In this document: piece after piece, positions 20,073 to 32,310 of the stretch | Layout of the letters: the number at the start of each line of letters is the position of its first letter | Position numbering within the stretch: position 1 is the stretch's first letter | NCBI GenBank assembly: GCA_030390025.1 | Contig: CM059432.1 | Location: forward strand, 121,894,001 to 121,958,000 | Source: Squalus acanthias | Lineage: Eukaryota | Reading direction: 5' to 3' | Length of the DNA stretch: 64,000 bases | Program-made: the position numbers and the translations under genes | The notes under the pieces: model-generated | Seen by the model: the letters and a program-made list of their open reading frames with translations, nothing else | Database searches by the model: none | Told to the model about the DNA's origin: nothing

Positions 20073-22368
20073 GGGGAGAAAATCAACTCAGCTGCAAATC
20101 AGGGGTGCTGACTTCAATAACTGAAATCTGGATATGCGCTCCCAATGTGCAAAGCTTTGGGCTGAAAGCACTACATCGTAAAATCTACTCCCTAAATAAT
20201 TTATGTTGCAACAATAAAAATTCCAGCAATACTGTTGGAAGCACTCACTTTCTAAGAGTTCAGAATAAGCCATCCCTGTCATCTTCTATTTCACACGGAC
20301 AGGCTGAGTGTACATCACATCACTCATTAAGGAATTACCCTCAACCTAACTTTAACATGTGGTGTGCAATTAACCAGCGTTCGTTCATTGCATTGCAGGC
20401 AGCACGTTAAATTGGTGCTGCCTGCTGTTTGACATGATTGCTGCGTGCAGCCAGCGCTCTCCGCGCTGTTCATTTGTTGCACGCATCAGCAGGTGGGCCC
20501 AATATTGTGAGTTGCCAGCACTACTTAAAGGCAGCCTGCACCTCTTAAAGGGGAGGTGCATTGTGGCTGCAAGAAATGGTGGGAGTCACTTGTGAACTGA
20601 ATCTGTGCTGTAAAAATTTTTAGAATGGCTGAACATGCGAGAGAGCGTGCACCAAGGTTTTCAGACACTGCACTGGAGGCCTTGGTGGAAGAGGTGGAAA
20701 GAAGGAGAGATGTTCTGTATCCGCAGGGATGGCAGGAGGATCTCCAGACAGATGCTCAGGAGGCATTGGGAAAAAGTAACAGCGGAGGTCAATGCCAGGA
20801 GTGTTGCTTCAAGAACACGGATGCAATGCAGGAAGAAGTTTAACGATCTCACACAAGTTCTCAAGGTCAGTGAGTTCATCTTCAAATGGCATATCTTAAC
20901 TGGAGGAGGAGAAGTGGGCCTGCGTGTTTTAACCCCCATGGAGAAGACAGTGCTAGCCATCATGGGAAGGGGGCATCGCTGAGGCAATGGTCACTGGCGG
21001 TGCTGAAGCAATCGATGATGAGGGTATCTGCATAGCTAATCCTTCTTCTCTCATCCCACTTCTCCTTCGTCCCTCAATCTATTCTGACTGAGAAGCTGCA
21101 GATGGCATAAGCATGCAATTCTTATTTTCTCCTCTCCCATCACCACAACTAAACCCTTGTCCCTTTTTCATTTCAGATACCCAAGAACTGGAACCTGCCC
21201 AGGCAGTGGAGAAGAGGAAGAAGAACGTGAAGATGAAGAGACACCATCACTCGATCTTACAGTCAGAGCCACCAGCTCAGATACTGACACTGCGCGTATT
21301 TTAGAGGATAGGATGGAGGAGGATCTGCACGTGGTGAGACACTGGGCACAAATGCGCAACAGGCAGGGTGGGGGGAAAAGATAACGCAGGTGCCAGCTCG
21401 CTGGAGGGTGCGTTTTTACACTAGTTCTGCTGCAGAGGACTTATATGAGGACTTTGATGGGCCAGGCTACAGAAGAAGGCTGATGAATTGAATAACCAAA
21501 TGCTTGGTGCGCCGGAAAGTCTGTCAGAAAGTCTGCGCTCAATGTCAAGGAACTTTGACAGCCAAAGGCAATGCGGTCCTTGCCCTGCCTTGAGGTTGGA
21601 GTTGTGGCTGCAGCAGTTGGCAGATTTCAGTAATGACCTCTTTAGTGAAGCACAGACATCTCAAGCACTGGTCCTCACCGAAGTTGATGTAAGAGAATTC
21701 CTCCCGAAAGACCCTCTGCGGGTATGTCCTCGTGCTAAGAGCCCTTCTCCCCTTCCTCCTTCCTCCATCTTCTAGCAGCTTGTCCTGTTCTGCGTGGCCT
21801 CTCTTCATTCTCCCAGTCATGCTGAATTCCCAGAGGAAGGCCTACCAGGCCACCCTTGTCTGGAAGCAACTTGTTTCAGCACAAGCTTTCAAATCAATAA
21901 AAAAAAGTACTTCAGCACCAGCCAGACCACTTGTGGTAGACGATTGAAACTTTAGACAAATATAGAAAAGCTCCAAAAACGTGTATAATTGTGCCAGCAA
22001 CCAGAAGAAATAATCTAACAACTAACCTGTAAGTCGTTCATGATCGCTTTAAGTAGCAGTTGTGGGGATCCTTCATGCCGATTAGCCATGCGAGGTTAAG
22101 ACAGGGCATAGGCTGGAGTGTGGCATTTGGAAATGGCAGCGCTGGCGCACTGATGGCAGCATTGCACACTGATTGACTTCATAATCTGCCTGCTCTGCAT
22201 GCTGCTGTTGGTCATTAGGTGCACGCCGCGAGCAAACCCTTTTACCAAGATGGCATCCGGCACACTTACCATTGGAAGTATGCATGTGCATCACGGTCTC
22301 TATTTTTGCACATTAGGAGGCCTTGTATCGCCTAAAAAATGGGCACTACAGAGCCCAATTTAGCCACC
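20073..22368. mobile_element. Decayed Harbinger element with Myb/SANT remnant (+, ~20625-21300) and transposase N-terminal remnant (-, ~21545-21820)
   Basis: MAEHARERAPRFSDTALEALVEEVERRRDVLYP / W.KV..EVNA....RT.MQCRKKFNDL, TGGG..LTPMEK; RTYPQRVFREEFSY..CL..L.F.KEVITEICQLLQPQLQP..R.RTALP.AVKV. Same convergent layout as 2706-6994; ends approximate. Confidence 0.85.
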
Positions 22369-23964
22369 GTTAATATTTAAATTCTGCGCTGCTCGTTTTA
22401 CCTGGCCAATATGGATCTCCAATGATGTCCTGGTCCTTGCTCTCCTGTTCAGCATTGGGAGCAGTGAGAGACTCTACCAGCCATACTTTAGCACAAATGT
22501 AGCACTAAAGAATAAGTCTTCTTCATGTGCACTCCTGGTGCAAAGTACTTCACATTTAAATTTAAATCAATGGATGGAAAGTAGGGCGACCTTCATGCTT
22601 AACAGGCATGTTATCCTCCACACCCAATACGCACACCCATTGTGGAATGCTCTGTGCTGGGAGTGCAAAGATGAAAGATTGCCCACTAAGTTACCAATCT
22701 CAGTGAGAGAGGTCATAAGGATGGGCTTGTATGGGACATGGCAAAATTTACATTGTACCGCAGACATTCTCATGAAGTTGAAACTGAGGATAAGGCAGGC
22801 ATATAGTAGAGAGCGTTACTTGAATTAGGATTGCCTGATGCTAACACTGGATGCCAGCAATGAGAAAGTGTTCCATTCCCTGTATTCACATCCCTCCACT
22901 TGCTAGGCTTTATGTATAACTATGTATAAATAGCATTGCTTCTACTCTGAATAAAACCCTATTACTGATTTTTTTTTATAATAGGGTAGAAAAAAAGTGT
23001 TGTTGAAAATATTACATTTAATTGAGTGAAATCTACAACTGGTTTCCACTTGTGAAGAAGGCAGAAGAATCTCTCATGCACTATCCTGCATTTAGTAAAC
23101 TGAATTATGTATATTATGTATGGAATAGCATATTATTGTAGTGAAGGGGAGACAGGCAGGGAATGTCAAGCGCCGGTATAAGGTAATTAGAATCCTAACT
23201 GTAATAACAGTGCTTTGTTTCCTTAGTGATCCTGAAGACTTGTGAAAAATCACACCCAATTATCAGCCGAACTGAAGCCATTCCACGAGAATCCGAGTTA
23301 TTACTCAGCTGGCAGAGCACAATGGATCAAAGTTACACCACACAAACATCAAGAAAAGGAATATGTTAAATAAAGTTATGGAACATTTCCTCCAAGCACT
23401 TCATAAATTATCAGGTGTAGGATTTAGATTGGGACTAGAAAGAATTAAATTCTCAACTCGGAAGGGCAGTGGTGGGAGGGTGGGGTGCCTGGGATCCATT
23501 AATAAATTACAACAGCAGGAAGTAATTGGAGCTTAATCTGTAATACCTTCCACTCAAGGGTTTTTTTTATATCAGAGCTGGCATATTAGCCAATTTAATC
23601 TGAAACTGGAGACAGACTGATCATTAATGGTCTCACTTATATTGAGGAGCAAATAATGTTGCTCTTTTGACAGATGGAAAGAGAAATTCCAGAGAATTCA
23701 GCAAATGATTCCACTTTTTGTGGCAGATGAATCCAGGGTAGATTTACCAATCGGCTGTGCTTGTTGCCGAGATTAAGGTACAGGGTGGAAAACTGAGTGA
23801 GTAAACCCTGGGTATGCTTTACATCCCAATTCTTTCTGCCCATGATTTTCTGGCTGGCTGCATTCTGAGTGCTGGAATTTTATGGCATAGACTCATGAAG
23901 TCCCCAGGGTGTGCGTCAAAAATATTTAAATGTATACTCGCCACAATTTCCCAGCTTCTTCCAA

Positions 23965-24579
23965 TAAGAGCAGGTCAGAGGCTGGGTATTCTGCGGCGAG
24001 TGTCTCACCTCCTGACTCCCCAAAGCCTTTCCACCATTTACAAGGCAAAGGTCAGGAGTGTGATGGAATACTCTCCACTTGTCTGGATGAGTGCAGCTCC
24101 AACAACACTCAAGAAGCTCGACAGCATCCAAGACAAAGCAGCCCGCTATATTGGCATCCCTTCCACCACCTTAAACATTCACTCCCTCCACCACTGGTGT
24201 ACTGTGTCTGCAGTGTGTACCATCTACAAGATGCATTGCAGCAACTCGCCAAGGCTTCTTCGGCAGCACCTCCCAAACCCACGACCTCAACCACCTAGAA
24301 GGACAAGGGCAGCAGGCGCATGGGAACACCACCACCTCCAAGTTCCCCTCCCAAGTCACACACCATCCTGATTTAGAAGTATATCGCTGATCCTTCATCG
24401 TCGCTGGGTCAAAATCCTGGAACTCCCTCCCTAACAGCACGGTGGGAGTACTTTCACTACGTGGACTGCAGCAGTTCAAGGAGGCAGCTCACCACCACTT
24501 TCTCAAGGGCAATTAGGGATGGGCAATAAATGCTGGTCTTGCCAGCGACGCCCACATTCTATGAACGAATAAAAAAAAA
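23965..24579 (+). mobile_element. 3' fragment of the second CR1-group LINE family
   Basis: RAGQRLGILRRVSHLLTPQSLSTIYKAKVRSVMEYSPLVWMSAAPTTLKKLDSIQDKAAR followed by 3' UTR and polyA. Confidence 0.88.
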
Positions 24580-24774
24580 GATTTCACCTTTTGTCACCCA
24601 AGCCCATTTTGATGTGATGCAGCTTTGTATTCTTTTCTTGTAATGCCTACTAAACTTTCTTTTAGGGCTGTGTTGTTTTCATTATGGATCCTTTCAGTAT
24701 TTCTGAAAGTTTAATCTTTAACTAGTTGTTCTCTTGTGGCTTTCCACATGAGTGGTGGGGGTGGGGGTTAGGTG

Positions 24775-25241
24775 GGGGGTAATTTTCAACTGTCGGCCAC
24801 CTGTTTCTCACCTGAAAAAGAAGCCATCAACAATTGAAAATTGGGGGTGGTGGGCCATCTTGGCTCCTTGGCCACCCCATTGATGACCAAGGCTCACCTG
24901 ATGTAAATGGACAAACATCCTGCCCACCTGAAACAAGCAGGGGGCTGTTTAAATATACAAGTTGGGCTTCTACGCTGGGTGTAGCACCCCGATTCCAATT
25001 TTCAGGTACAAATGGGCAGTGCATGCACGCACATACCTCGCCCACTTGCAGTAGACATTGAGCGGCCTAATAGTGGTCCTTAAAGGCACTGCTGGTGGCT
25101 TCTCAAGAAACAGCAGGAAATTTGTAATTTTTTTTGCTGGAGATTCCTGCTCCTCCTGAGCGCCCCCCCCCCAACCCCCACCCCCACTCCCCCCCAAAAA
25201 AAATGCTGGCTTGTTTATGGCAGAGGTTGAAGATCGCCACC
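24775..25241. mobile_element. Probable decayed Harbinger-type MITE
   Basis: Ends GGGGGTAATTTTCAAC / GTTGAAGATCGCCACC resemble the GGGGNNRAAATT-type TIR class. Confidence 0.45.
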
Positions 25242-25470
25242 GAGAGCAAAGAACAACTGTAATCTTCAGGTGTAAAGGGTTAGAGGGAGGGCATTAATTG
25301 GACCAGGGCATGCAGATCTAATTCAATTCCCCATTTCAGAGTCAAACATTCTGCCTTAATTCTTATATTTCCATTATAAATTCACATAATCCACATTTAT
25401 AATGGAAACTGCCTGTGTCAACTTGTCACAGTGTAATTACACCCTTCTGACACTGGCGCCGAGTAGTTAT

Positions 25471-26390
25471 TACAACAACTACTTGCATTTATATCGCATT
25501 TTTAACGTAGTAACACGTCCCAAGGCGCTTCACAGGAGCGTAATCAAACAAAATTTGACACCGAGCCACATAAGGAGATATTACGACGGATGACCAAAAG
25601 CTTTTTCAAAGAGATAAGTTTTAAGGAGTGTTTTAAAGGAGGAGAGAGAGGTGGAGAGGTTTAGGGAGGGAATTCCAGAGCTTACTGTCTAGGCAGCTGA
25701 AGGCACGGCCACCAGTGGTGCAGCGGAAAAAATCGGGGATGCGTAAGAGGCCAGAAATGGAGGAGCTCAGAGATCTCGGAGGGTTGTTGGGCTGGGGAGG
25801 TTATAGAGATAGGGAAGGGCGAGGCCATGGAGGGATTTGAAAACAAGGATGACAATTTTAAAATTGCGCTGTTGCTGGACCAGGAGCCAATGTAGGTCAG
25901 CAAACACAGCGGTGATGGGTGAACAGGACTTGGTGCGAGTTAGGATACGGACAAAAGAGTTTTGGATGAGCTCCAGTTTACGGAGGGTGCAAGGTGGGCA
26001 GCCAACCAGGAGTGCATTGGAATAGTCGAGTCTAGAGGTAACAAAGGCATGGATGAGGGTTTCAGCAGCAGATGAGTTGAGGCAGGAGTGGAGATGGGCG
26101 ATGTTACAGTGTAAATAGGCAGCCTTGGTCATGGAGACGGTATGGTGTCGGAAACTCAGCTCCAGGTTGCAAACAGTCTAGTTCAGCCTCAGACAGTGAC
26201 CAGGGAGAGGGATGGACTCAGTGGTTAGGGAATGGAGGTGGTGGCGAGGACCAAAGACTATGGCTTCGGACTACCCAATATTTAATTGGAAGAGATTTCA
26301 GCTCATCGAACAAACAGCGTGACAAACCAGAGGCAGTGGAAGGGTCAAGAAAGGTTGTGGTGAGGTAGAGCTGGGTGTCGTCAACGTACA
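25471..26390 (-). mobile_element. L2 LINE 3' fragment
   Basis: ETLIHAFVTSRLDYSNALL..LELIQN..RILTRTK..LHWL..FKSLHGLA; L2 3' tail with (CAA) repeats. Confidence 0.88.
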
Positions 26391-26770
26391 TGTATTGTTA
26401 CAGTGGGGGTAATTTTCAGTTTGTGAATTTGTAGTGTGGAAGGTTGGATGTGGGGTTTAGCAGCAGTTATGAGAACTTGATGTTTATTAGATCAAAGGAA
26501 GAGGCTTATAATGTTGCCAAAAAGAGTAGTAAGCCTGAGGATTGGGAGGATTTTAGAATTCAGCAAAGGAGGACCAAGAAATTGATAAGGAAAGAGAAAA
26601 AAGTATATGAGAGTAAACTAGCAAGAGACATAAAAACAGATTGTAAACATTTCTATAGGTACGTAAATAAGAAGAGATTAATGAAAGTAAATGTGGGCCC
26701 ATTAGAGGCAGAGACAGGAGAAATTATAATGGGCAATAAGGAAATGGCAGAGATATTAAACAAGTACTTT

Positions 26771-28498
26771 GGCCATGATTTCCCCTACCTCGGCGGGTCC
26801 TGGGCGGGCATCATCGGTGTCGAGTCCTGACACCGCTGCTGGCTCCAGCCTGCTCTGTAGAATGATTTTACATTGATTGGGCTTGTTAAGCCCGTCCAGC
26901 GCGTTTGCTGGCCAATTGAAGGAAGTGGATCTGATGCCGTCACTTGATGACGCATCATCAGCCAGTTTCCTTAAAGGGACCATGCGCAAATTGATTTTGA
27001 CATTTGTGCGGTCAGTGTTCTACAGCATCGAGGTGCTGCAAACACTGACAAGCACTGCACAGAAGAGCACGGCTGCACCCAGGCTCTCCCATGACTCCCT
27101 CCATATGCCAATGGGTGAAGAGACCTCCCCAGGAGATCAACACAGCCTGGTTGCACATTGCACAGGAGGACACAAGCAGGGATGTCGTAAGGAAGTCTAG
27201 GCTGCAGTGGCGCAAACCTTTCAATGATCTCAGTAGATCACAAAACATTACTGCAAAGCCACACTCAACCTCATCCTGCTGTGCCACTCATCACATCCCC
27301 ATCACTCTGCCTCCCCTACTCTACTCCTGCACATCCTTACTCACACCAACTTACCTTGGACCTCCACCTATCCCTCTCTATCTACATTATCACATCGCCA
27401 TCTCACTAGCCACCCCTCACACTCACTCTCATCCTAGTCCAATCACACCAACTAACAACACACAAGGGTAGGCACTTGTGTGTTTAAGCCAATGTTCATG
27501 TAAAGTTTCTGTTAATGTGGTGTCAAACATTGAAACCTTTATTTTCAACACTTTGCATTCTTGGACAGATCTTTTTGCACCTTTGAAAGTGGCTTAGTGA
27601 GTTGCAGTGAATGTTGAGACATAACGGTACCCCCTGCAATGGTGATGAGTGTGAAAGGAATGGCTTGGGCAGTGTAGGGATGTTTTATGTTGTTGGTATG
27701 GGGTGGTGCCAACCTGGTGCATCATGTGGCAGCCAGGGTGTACAGCGTCAAGTGAAGTAAATCTGGCCATGGTGAAGCCATCCCTGGCGTCCCGGGCAGC
27801 AATGTGGTCAGCTGCTGATGCCTACTGTCCTGTGCAGCATCAGTTGATTGTGGAGAAGGTTGGTGTTGTTGTTGGTGCTGCTGGTGTGCGGAGAAGGTTG
27901 GTGCTGCTGGTGTTGGGGCTGATCATGGTGGGATTCTGATGACCTAGGTGAGATAGTTTCAAGGGCACCGATGCTGATGTAATAGATGGCAGGTGAACTT
28001 GAGATGACAGAAGCGATCTGTCAGTGGTGAGAGAGGTTGTTTCAATGAGGTGACACTGGATAGAGAGTTTGCTCCAAACACTTGCAACCTGCATAAAGCT
28101 CAATCTGTTTTCCAAATGCAGTAAGCAACAGCTTCTGAGCTTGGAAAGTGAACAGCTATGCGATTTGCAGCTGTCAAGTAATGAGATGATTCCATGCTCA
28201 TACTACTCCCGACCTCCTCACCTGATGTGATCCCCGAGCAGCGTGGGCTCCATGGGTGACCTTGTAAAATGGTAAGGTGAGCTCAAAATACTTTTTAATG
28301 GGCTATTAACAAGGTCATAATGACCTGAATTGCCTCCCCCACTGCTGCGTGTCAGGTCTGTTCAGCCCTCACAGACCTGACATCTGGGAAAGTCACGTGG
28401 TGGCGGGTTGACAGCGGTGTCCTGACCCGCTGTCAAAAAAAAATTTCCCACCTGACCCAGAAACGAACGCGCCCACTGACCCCCCAAAAAATTCCCCC
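26771..28498 (+). mobile_element. Decayed Harbinger derivative with Myb/SANT remnant, inserted in CR1
   Basis: Ends GGCCATGATTT / AAATTCCCCC interrupting CR1 AAGTACTTT|GTATCTGTC; remnant AAPRLSHDSL..AWLHIAQE..R..LQWRKPFNDLSRS near 27060-27240. Confidence 0.7.
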
Positions 28499-29193
28499 TG
28501 AGTATCTGTCTTCACAGTAGAAGACACAAAAAACATTTCAGAAATAATGAGGAACCAAGGGTCTAGAGAGAATGAGGAACTTAAAGAAATCAGTATAAGT
28601 AAAGACATAGTACTGGAGAAATTAATGGGACTACATGATGAAAAATCCCCATGACCTGACGACTCATGGTATTGGGGGTAATATATTAGCAGGAATTAAG
28701 GATTGGTTAATGGACAGAAAACAGAGAGTAGGAATAAAGGGGACTTTTTCAGGTTGGCAGGCTGTAACTAGCAGGGTACCGCAAGGATCAATGCTTGGGC
28801 CTCAGCTATTTAAAATCTATATTAATGACTTAGATGAAGGGACTGAGTGTAACGTATCCAAGTTTGCTGATGACACAAAGTTAGGTGGGAAAGTAAGCTG
28901 TGAGGAGGACACAAAGAGGCTGCAGAGAGATATAGACAGGTTGACTGAGTGGGCAAAAACATGGCAAATGGAATACAATGTGGGGAAGTGCAAAGTTATC
29001 CACTTTGGTAGGAAAAACAAAAAAGCAGAATATTTTTTGAATGGTGAGAGACTGGGAAATGTTTGCACTCAGAGGGACCTGGGTATCCTTGTACATGAAT
29101 CACAGAATGTTAACATGCAGGTACAGCGAGCAATTAGGAAAGCAAATGATATGTTAGCTTTTGTTACAAAGGGATTAGAGTATAAGAGTAAAG

Positions 29194-30075
29194 GGGGGAA
29201 AAATTCAGTTGGTTGCGCCTCCCATTAGCGCCTTAAGAGGGCGCTAATGGGGCGCAAAGCAACTAACGCCCGAGCGCAGCGATGTTTGCGCCGCTCGGGA
29301 AATTAACTAGACATTTTGTGGCGGCGCTAAACACTACCGCCACGATCTCCTGCGCCGGCAGATCGTGACGTCAGTCGAGTGCGCAACGCCCCGGTAGCGC
29401 ATATTGAGTGGCGCCCCCTGCCTCACCGCCTGCCGCTAGCAACGACAGGTTGAGGGGAGCGTTTTGCAGTCAGGAAGGGACTGGGGAGCGCTAATTAAAG
29501 GCGACCGCTTCCTGCCTTTTTTTGTTGGCGACATTTTTGAACCACGCATTCTGAGAGAGAGAGAGAGACACTTCTGGAGAGATTCAACGCTGTGTGAAGG
29601 AGTTTTGGGTACTAAGCAGCACTTTGCAGGTTCATTTTGATTTGCCCTTCCTTGTATCGATTTAGAAGAGATTGTGGGGGCTGCACTCTGAGCTCTTTCC
29701 CTGGTTCTCTCCATTGATCTTTCCAGCAGATTTGATGTACAGGTCTCTCCAGGCCAAGACTCAAGGCTGCAATGAGCAGGATGTGGATGGAAAGCAAGAT
29801 CAGCCCTCCCCTTTAAGAACTGGCAGGGGCCATTGTGTCTGTGTTCCATTGCTGACTAACATCACGTGAGCTTCGCTAGCGCTCTGAGTTAGCGCCTCGC
29901 TCCTCGGCCTTTGCGCCTTAAGACAGATGTGTAGCGCCTGATTTAGCGCTCCAGTCACCTCCAGGGGCGATAAAAGTTAAGTTTGCAGTCGGAGGCGATA
30001 ATTAGCTCCAGGCGCTAATCTTTGCGCCCAGCCGATAATTGCACCCCAAATGAGGCGATACTGAATTTTTCCCCC
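29194..30075 (-). mobile_element. Non-autonomous Harbinger element, copy 2
   Basis: Perfect 15-bp TIR GGGGGAAAAATTCAG / CTGAATTTTTCCCCC, TSD AAG; reverse-complement homologue of 939-1831. Confidence 0.93.
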
Positions 30076-30270
30076 AAGAAGTCTTACTACAATTATACAG
30101 GGCATTGGTGAAGACACATCTTGAGTACTGTGTACAGTTCTGGTCTCCTTACCTAAGGAAGGACATACTTGCCTTAGAGGGAGTGCAGTGAAGGTTCACT
30201 AGGCTGGTTCCTGGGATGTGGGGATTGTCCTATGCGGAGAGATTCAGTAGACTAGGCCTATATTCCTTAG

Positions 30271-30481
30271 TGTGGAGATGCCGGTGTTGGACTGGGGTGG
30301 ACAAATGTGAGAAGTTGCACAACACCAGGTTATAGTCCAACAGTTTTATTTGAAATCACAAGCTTTCGGAGCACTGCTCCTTCGTCAGGTGAAGTCACCT
30401 GACGAAGGAGCAGCGCTCCGAAAGCTTGTGATTTCAAATAAAACTGTTGGACTATAACCTGGTGTTGTGCGACTTCTCACA
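30271..30481. mobile_element. Penelope-like element remnant (inverted pseudo-LTR pair) with 12-bp TSD
   Basis: 88-bp inverted arms 30305-30392 / 30395-30482 (2 mismatches, 2-nt loop) plus a ~34-nt extension; TSD TATATTCCTTAG at 30259-30270 and 30482-30493. Confidence 0.85.
30391..30435 (+). ncRNA. Minimal hammerhead-like ribozyme motif (mirror copy on the - strand, ~30356-30392)
   Basis: Stem I GAAGTCAC/GTGATTTC, core CTGACGA(A), stem II GGAGC-AGC-GCTCC, GAAA, palindromic AGCT in place of stem III, UH site at 30426-30427. Confidence 0.65.
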
Positions 30482-30959
30482 TATATTCCTTAGAGTTTAG
30501 AAGAATGAGAGGTGATCTAATTGAAACATATAACATTTTTAAGGGGCTAGACAGGGTTAATGCTGGGAAAGTGTTTCCCCTGGCTGGAGAATCTAGAACA
30601 TGGAGTCACAGTCACAGAATAAGGGGTAGACAATTTAGGACTGAGATGAGAAATTTCTTCACTCAAAGGGTTGTGAATCTTTGGAATTTTCTATCCCAGT
30701 GAGCTGTGGATGCTCAGTCGTTGAGTATATTCAAGACAGAGGTCGATAAATGTTTGGGAACGAAGGGAATTAAGGGATATGAGGATAGTGCGGGAAGATG
30801 GAGTTGAGGTAGAAGATCAGCCATGATCTTACTGAATGGTGGAGCAGACTCGAAGGGCCAAATGGCCTACTCCTGCTCCTAATTCTTATGTTCTTATGTT
30901 AGCATAAGTGGTAAAATGTGTGGTTTGGTTTTATGAGTGATTTCTTGTGTCTATCCGGA

Positions 30960-32310
30960 CCATAGTATGTGGGGGTTCCAGAGTTTGGCTGCAGTGTAGG
31001 TGGGTCCAAGGTCTCAGTACACTGTTAGGAGGTACAAGGTCTGCCAGCACTGGGTAGAGGGTCCTAGGAAGTTGCATCACTGGGAAGAGAAATCCTGTAG
31101 TGTGGTAGCACCGGAAATAGGTATCAGGTTTTGGCAGCACTTGCGGGAGTTGTCTTGTTCTTTGGAAGCACTGGGAAGGGGTCCCTGAGTCACAGAACAT
31201 TGGAGAGGGGCTTTCAGTATCTGGTAGCATTAGAGGAAGCACTGTGCAGTTAGTGTCCTAGGGTCTATGAGCACTGGGACAGGTACTAAGATCTGTCAGT
31301 ACTGGTTTTGGGGGCGGGGGGGGGGGGCGGTGGTTCCTGTATGTGTGTGTAGTGCAGGTGGGAGGAAGTTTTGGCCTGGAATACTGCAGAATGTCAGGTT
31401 CTGGGAGCAACACCTCGATTGGTAAAATTCTCACCCTGGTTTTCACATCTCTCCATGGCCTCACCCCTCCCTATCTCTCTAACCTCCTCCAGCCCTACAA
31501 CCCACCGAGATCTCTGCGCTCCTCCAATTCTGGCCTCTTGCACATCCTTGATTTTCATCGCTCCACCATTGGCGGCTTTTCATTCAGTTGCCTGGGCCCT
31601 AAGCTCTGTAAACCTCCCTGCCTCTCTACTTCTCTCTCCTCCTTTAAGCCGCTCCTTAAAACCTACCTCTTTGGCCAAGCTTTTGGTCACCTGTCCTAAT
31701 ATCTCCTTATGTGGCTTGGTGTCAAATTTTGTTTGCCAAGGCTCCTGTGAAGTGCCTTGGGACATTTTACTGTTAAAGGCACTACACAAATGCAAGTTGT
31801 TGTTGTTGTTGTGGTGGTCTTGAGATTCAGGAGCACAGGAGAGGAGAATTTCGTGCTTGAGGAGCATAGCAGAGGATCCTAATTCTAGCTGCACTGGGAG
31901 GAGATCCTGGGATCTGGTAAAAGCAGTGGAGACCCAGAATCTGGCAGCATTGGGAAGTGGGTTCCTGGGTATGGGACCACTCGAAAATTGTCTTTGGTAG
32001 CACTGGGAAGGGTGTCTCGGAGCCTAGGAGCACTGGGAGAGAGGTGCCTGGGTTCAGGAGACCTGCGAAGGGTGCACTTAGGGAGACCTCAAGATTTAGG
32101 AGCACTGAAAGAGGGGATTTGGGGTAGGGGAGTACCGAGCAAGGGGTTCTGACGTCTAGAGCACTAGGAGGTCCAGGGCTCTGGGAGTACTGGGGTCAGC
32201 AGCACTGTGAGAGGGTTGCTTGAGTTTGGAAGCACCAGAAGGGACCCCATGAAGGATCTCTTCAGATATTTCAGCACTGGGAGGGGTTCATGGGTCTGGG
32301 AGTCCTGGGG
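30960..32310 (+). repeat. Degenerate G-rich minisatellite (core AGCACTGGGA(A/G)GGG), interrupted by L2 at ~31420-31810
   Basis: Core recurs many times at roughly 25-35 bp spacing. Confidence 0.65.
31420..31811 (+). mobile_element. L2 LINE 3' end
   Basis: KILTLVFTSLHGLTPPYLSNLLQPYNPPRSLRSS..LLKTYLF; (GTT)n tail. Confidence 0.85.

Larger units (their letters stand above)
26485..30901 (+). mobile_element. CR1 LINE fragment interrupted by three younger insertions (26771-28498, 29194-30075, 30271-30481)
   Basis: YESKLARDIKTDCK.FY.YV, VPQGSMLGPQLF..INDLDEG..SKFADDTKL, RGDLIETY, 3' tail (TTCTTATG)n; sequence rejoins across each insertion. Confidence 0.88.

Noticed and set aside
23674..23800. Possible + strand host exon (TTTTGACAG ... 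GTGAGT)
   Set aside because: All three frames contain stops.
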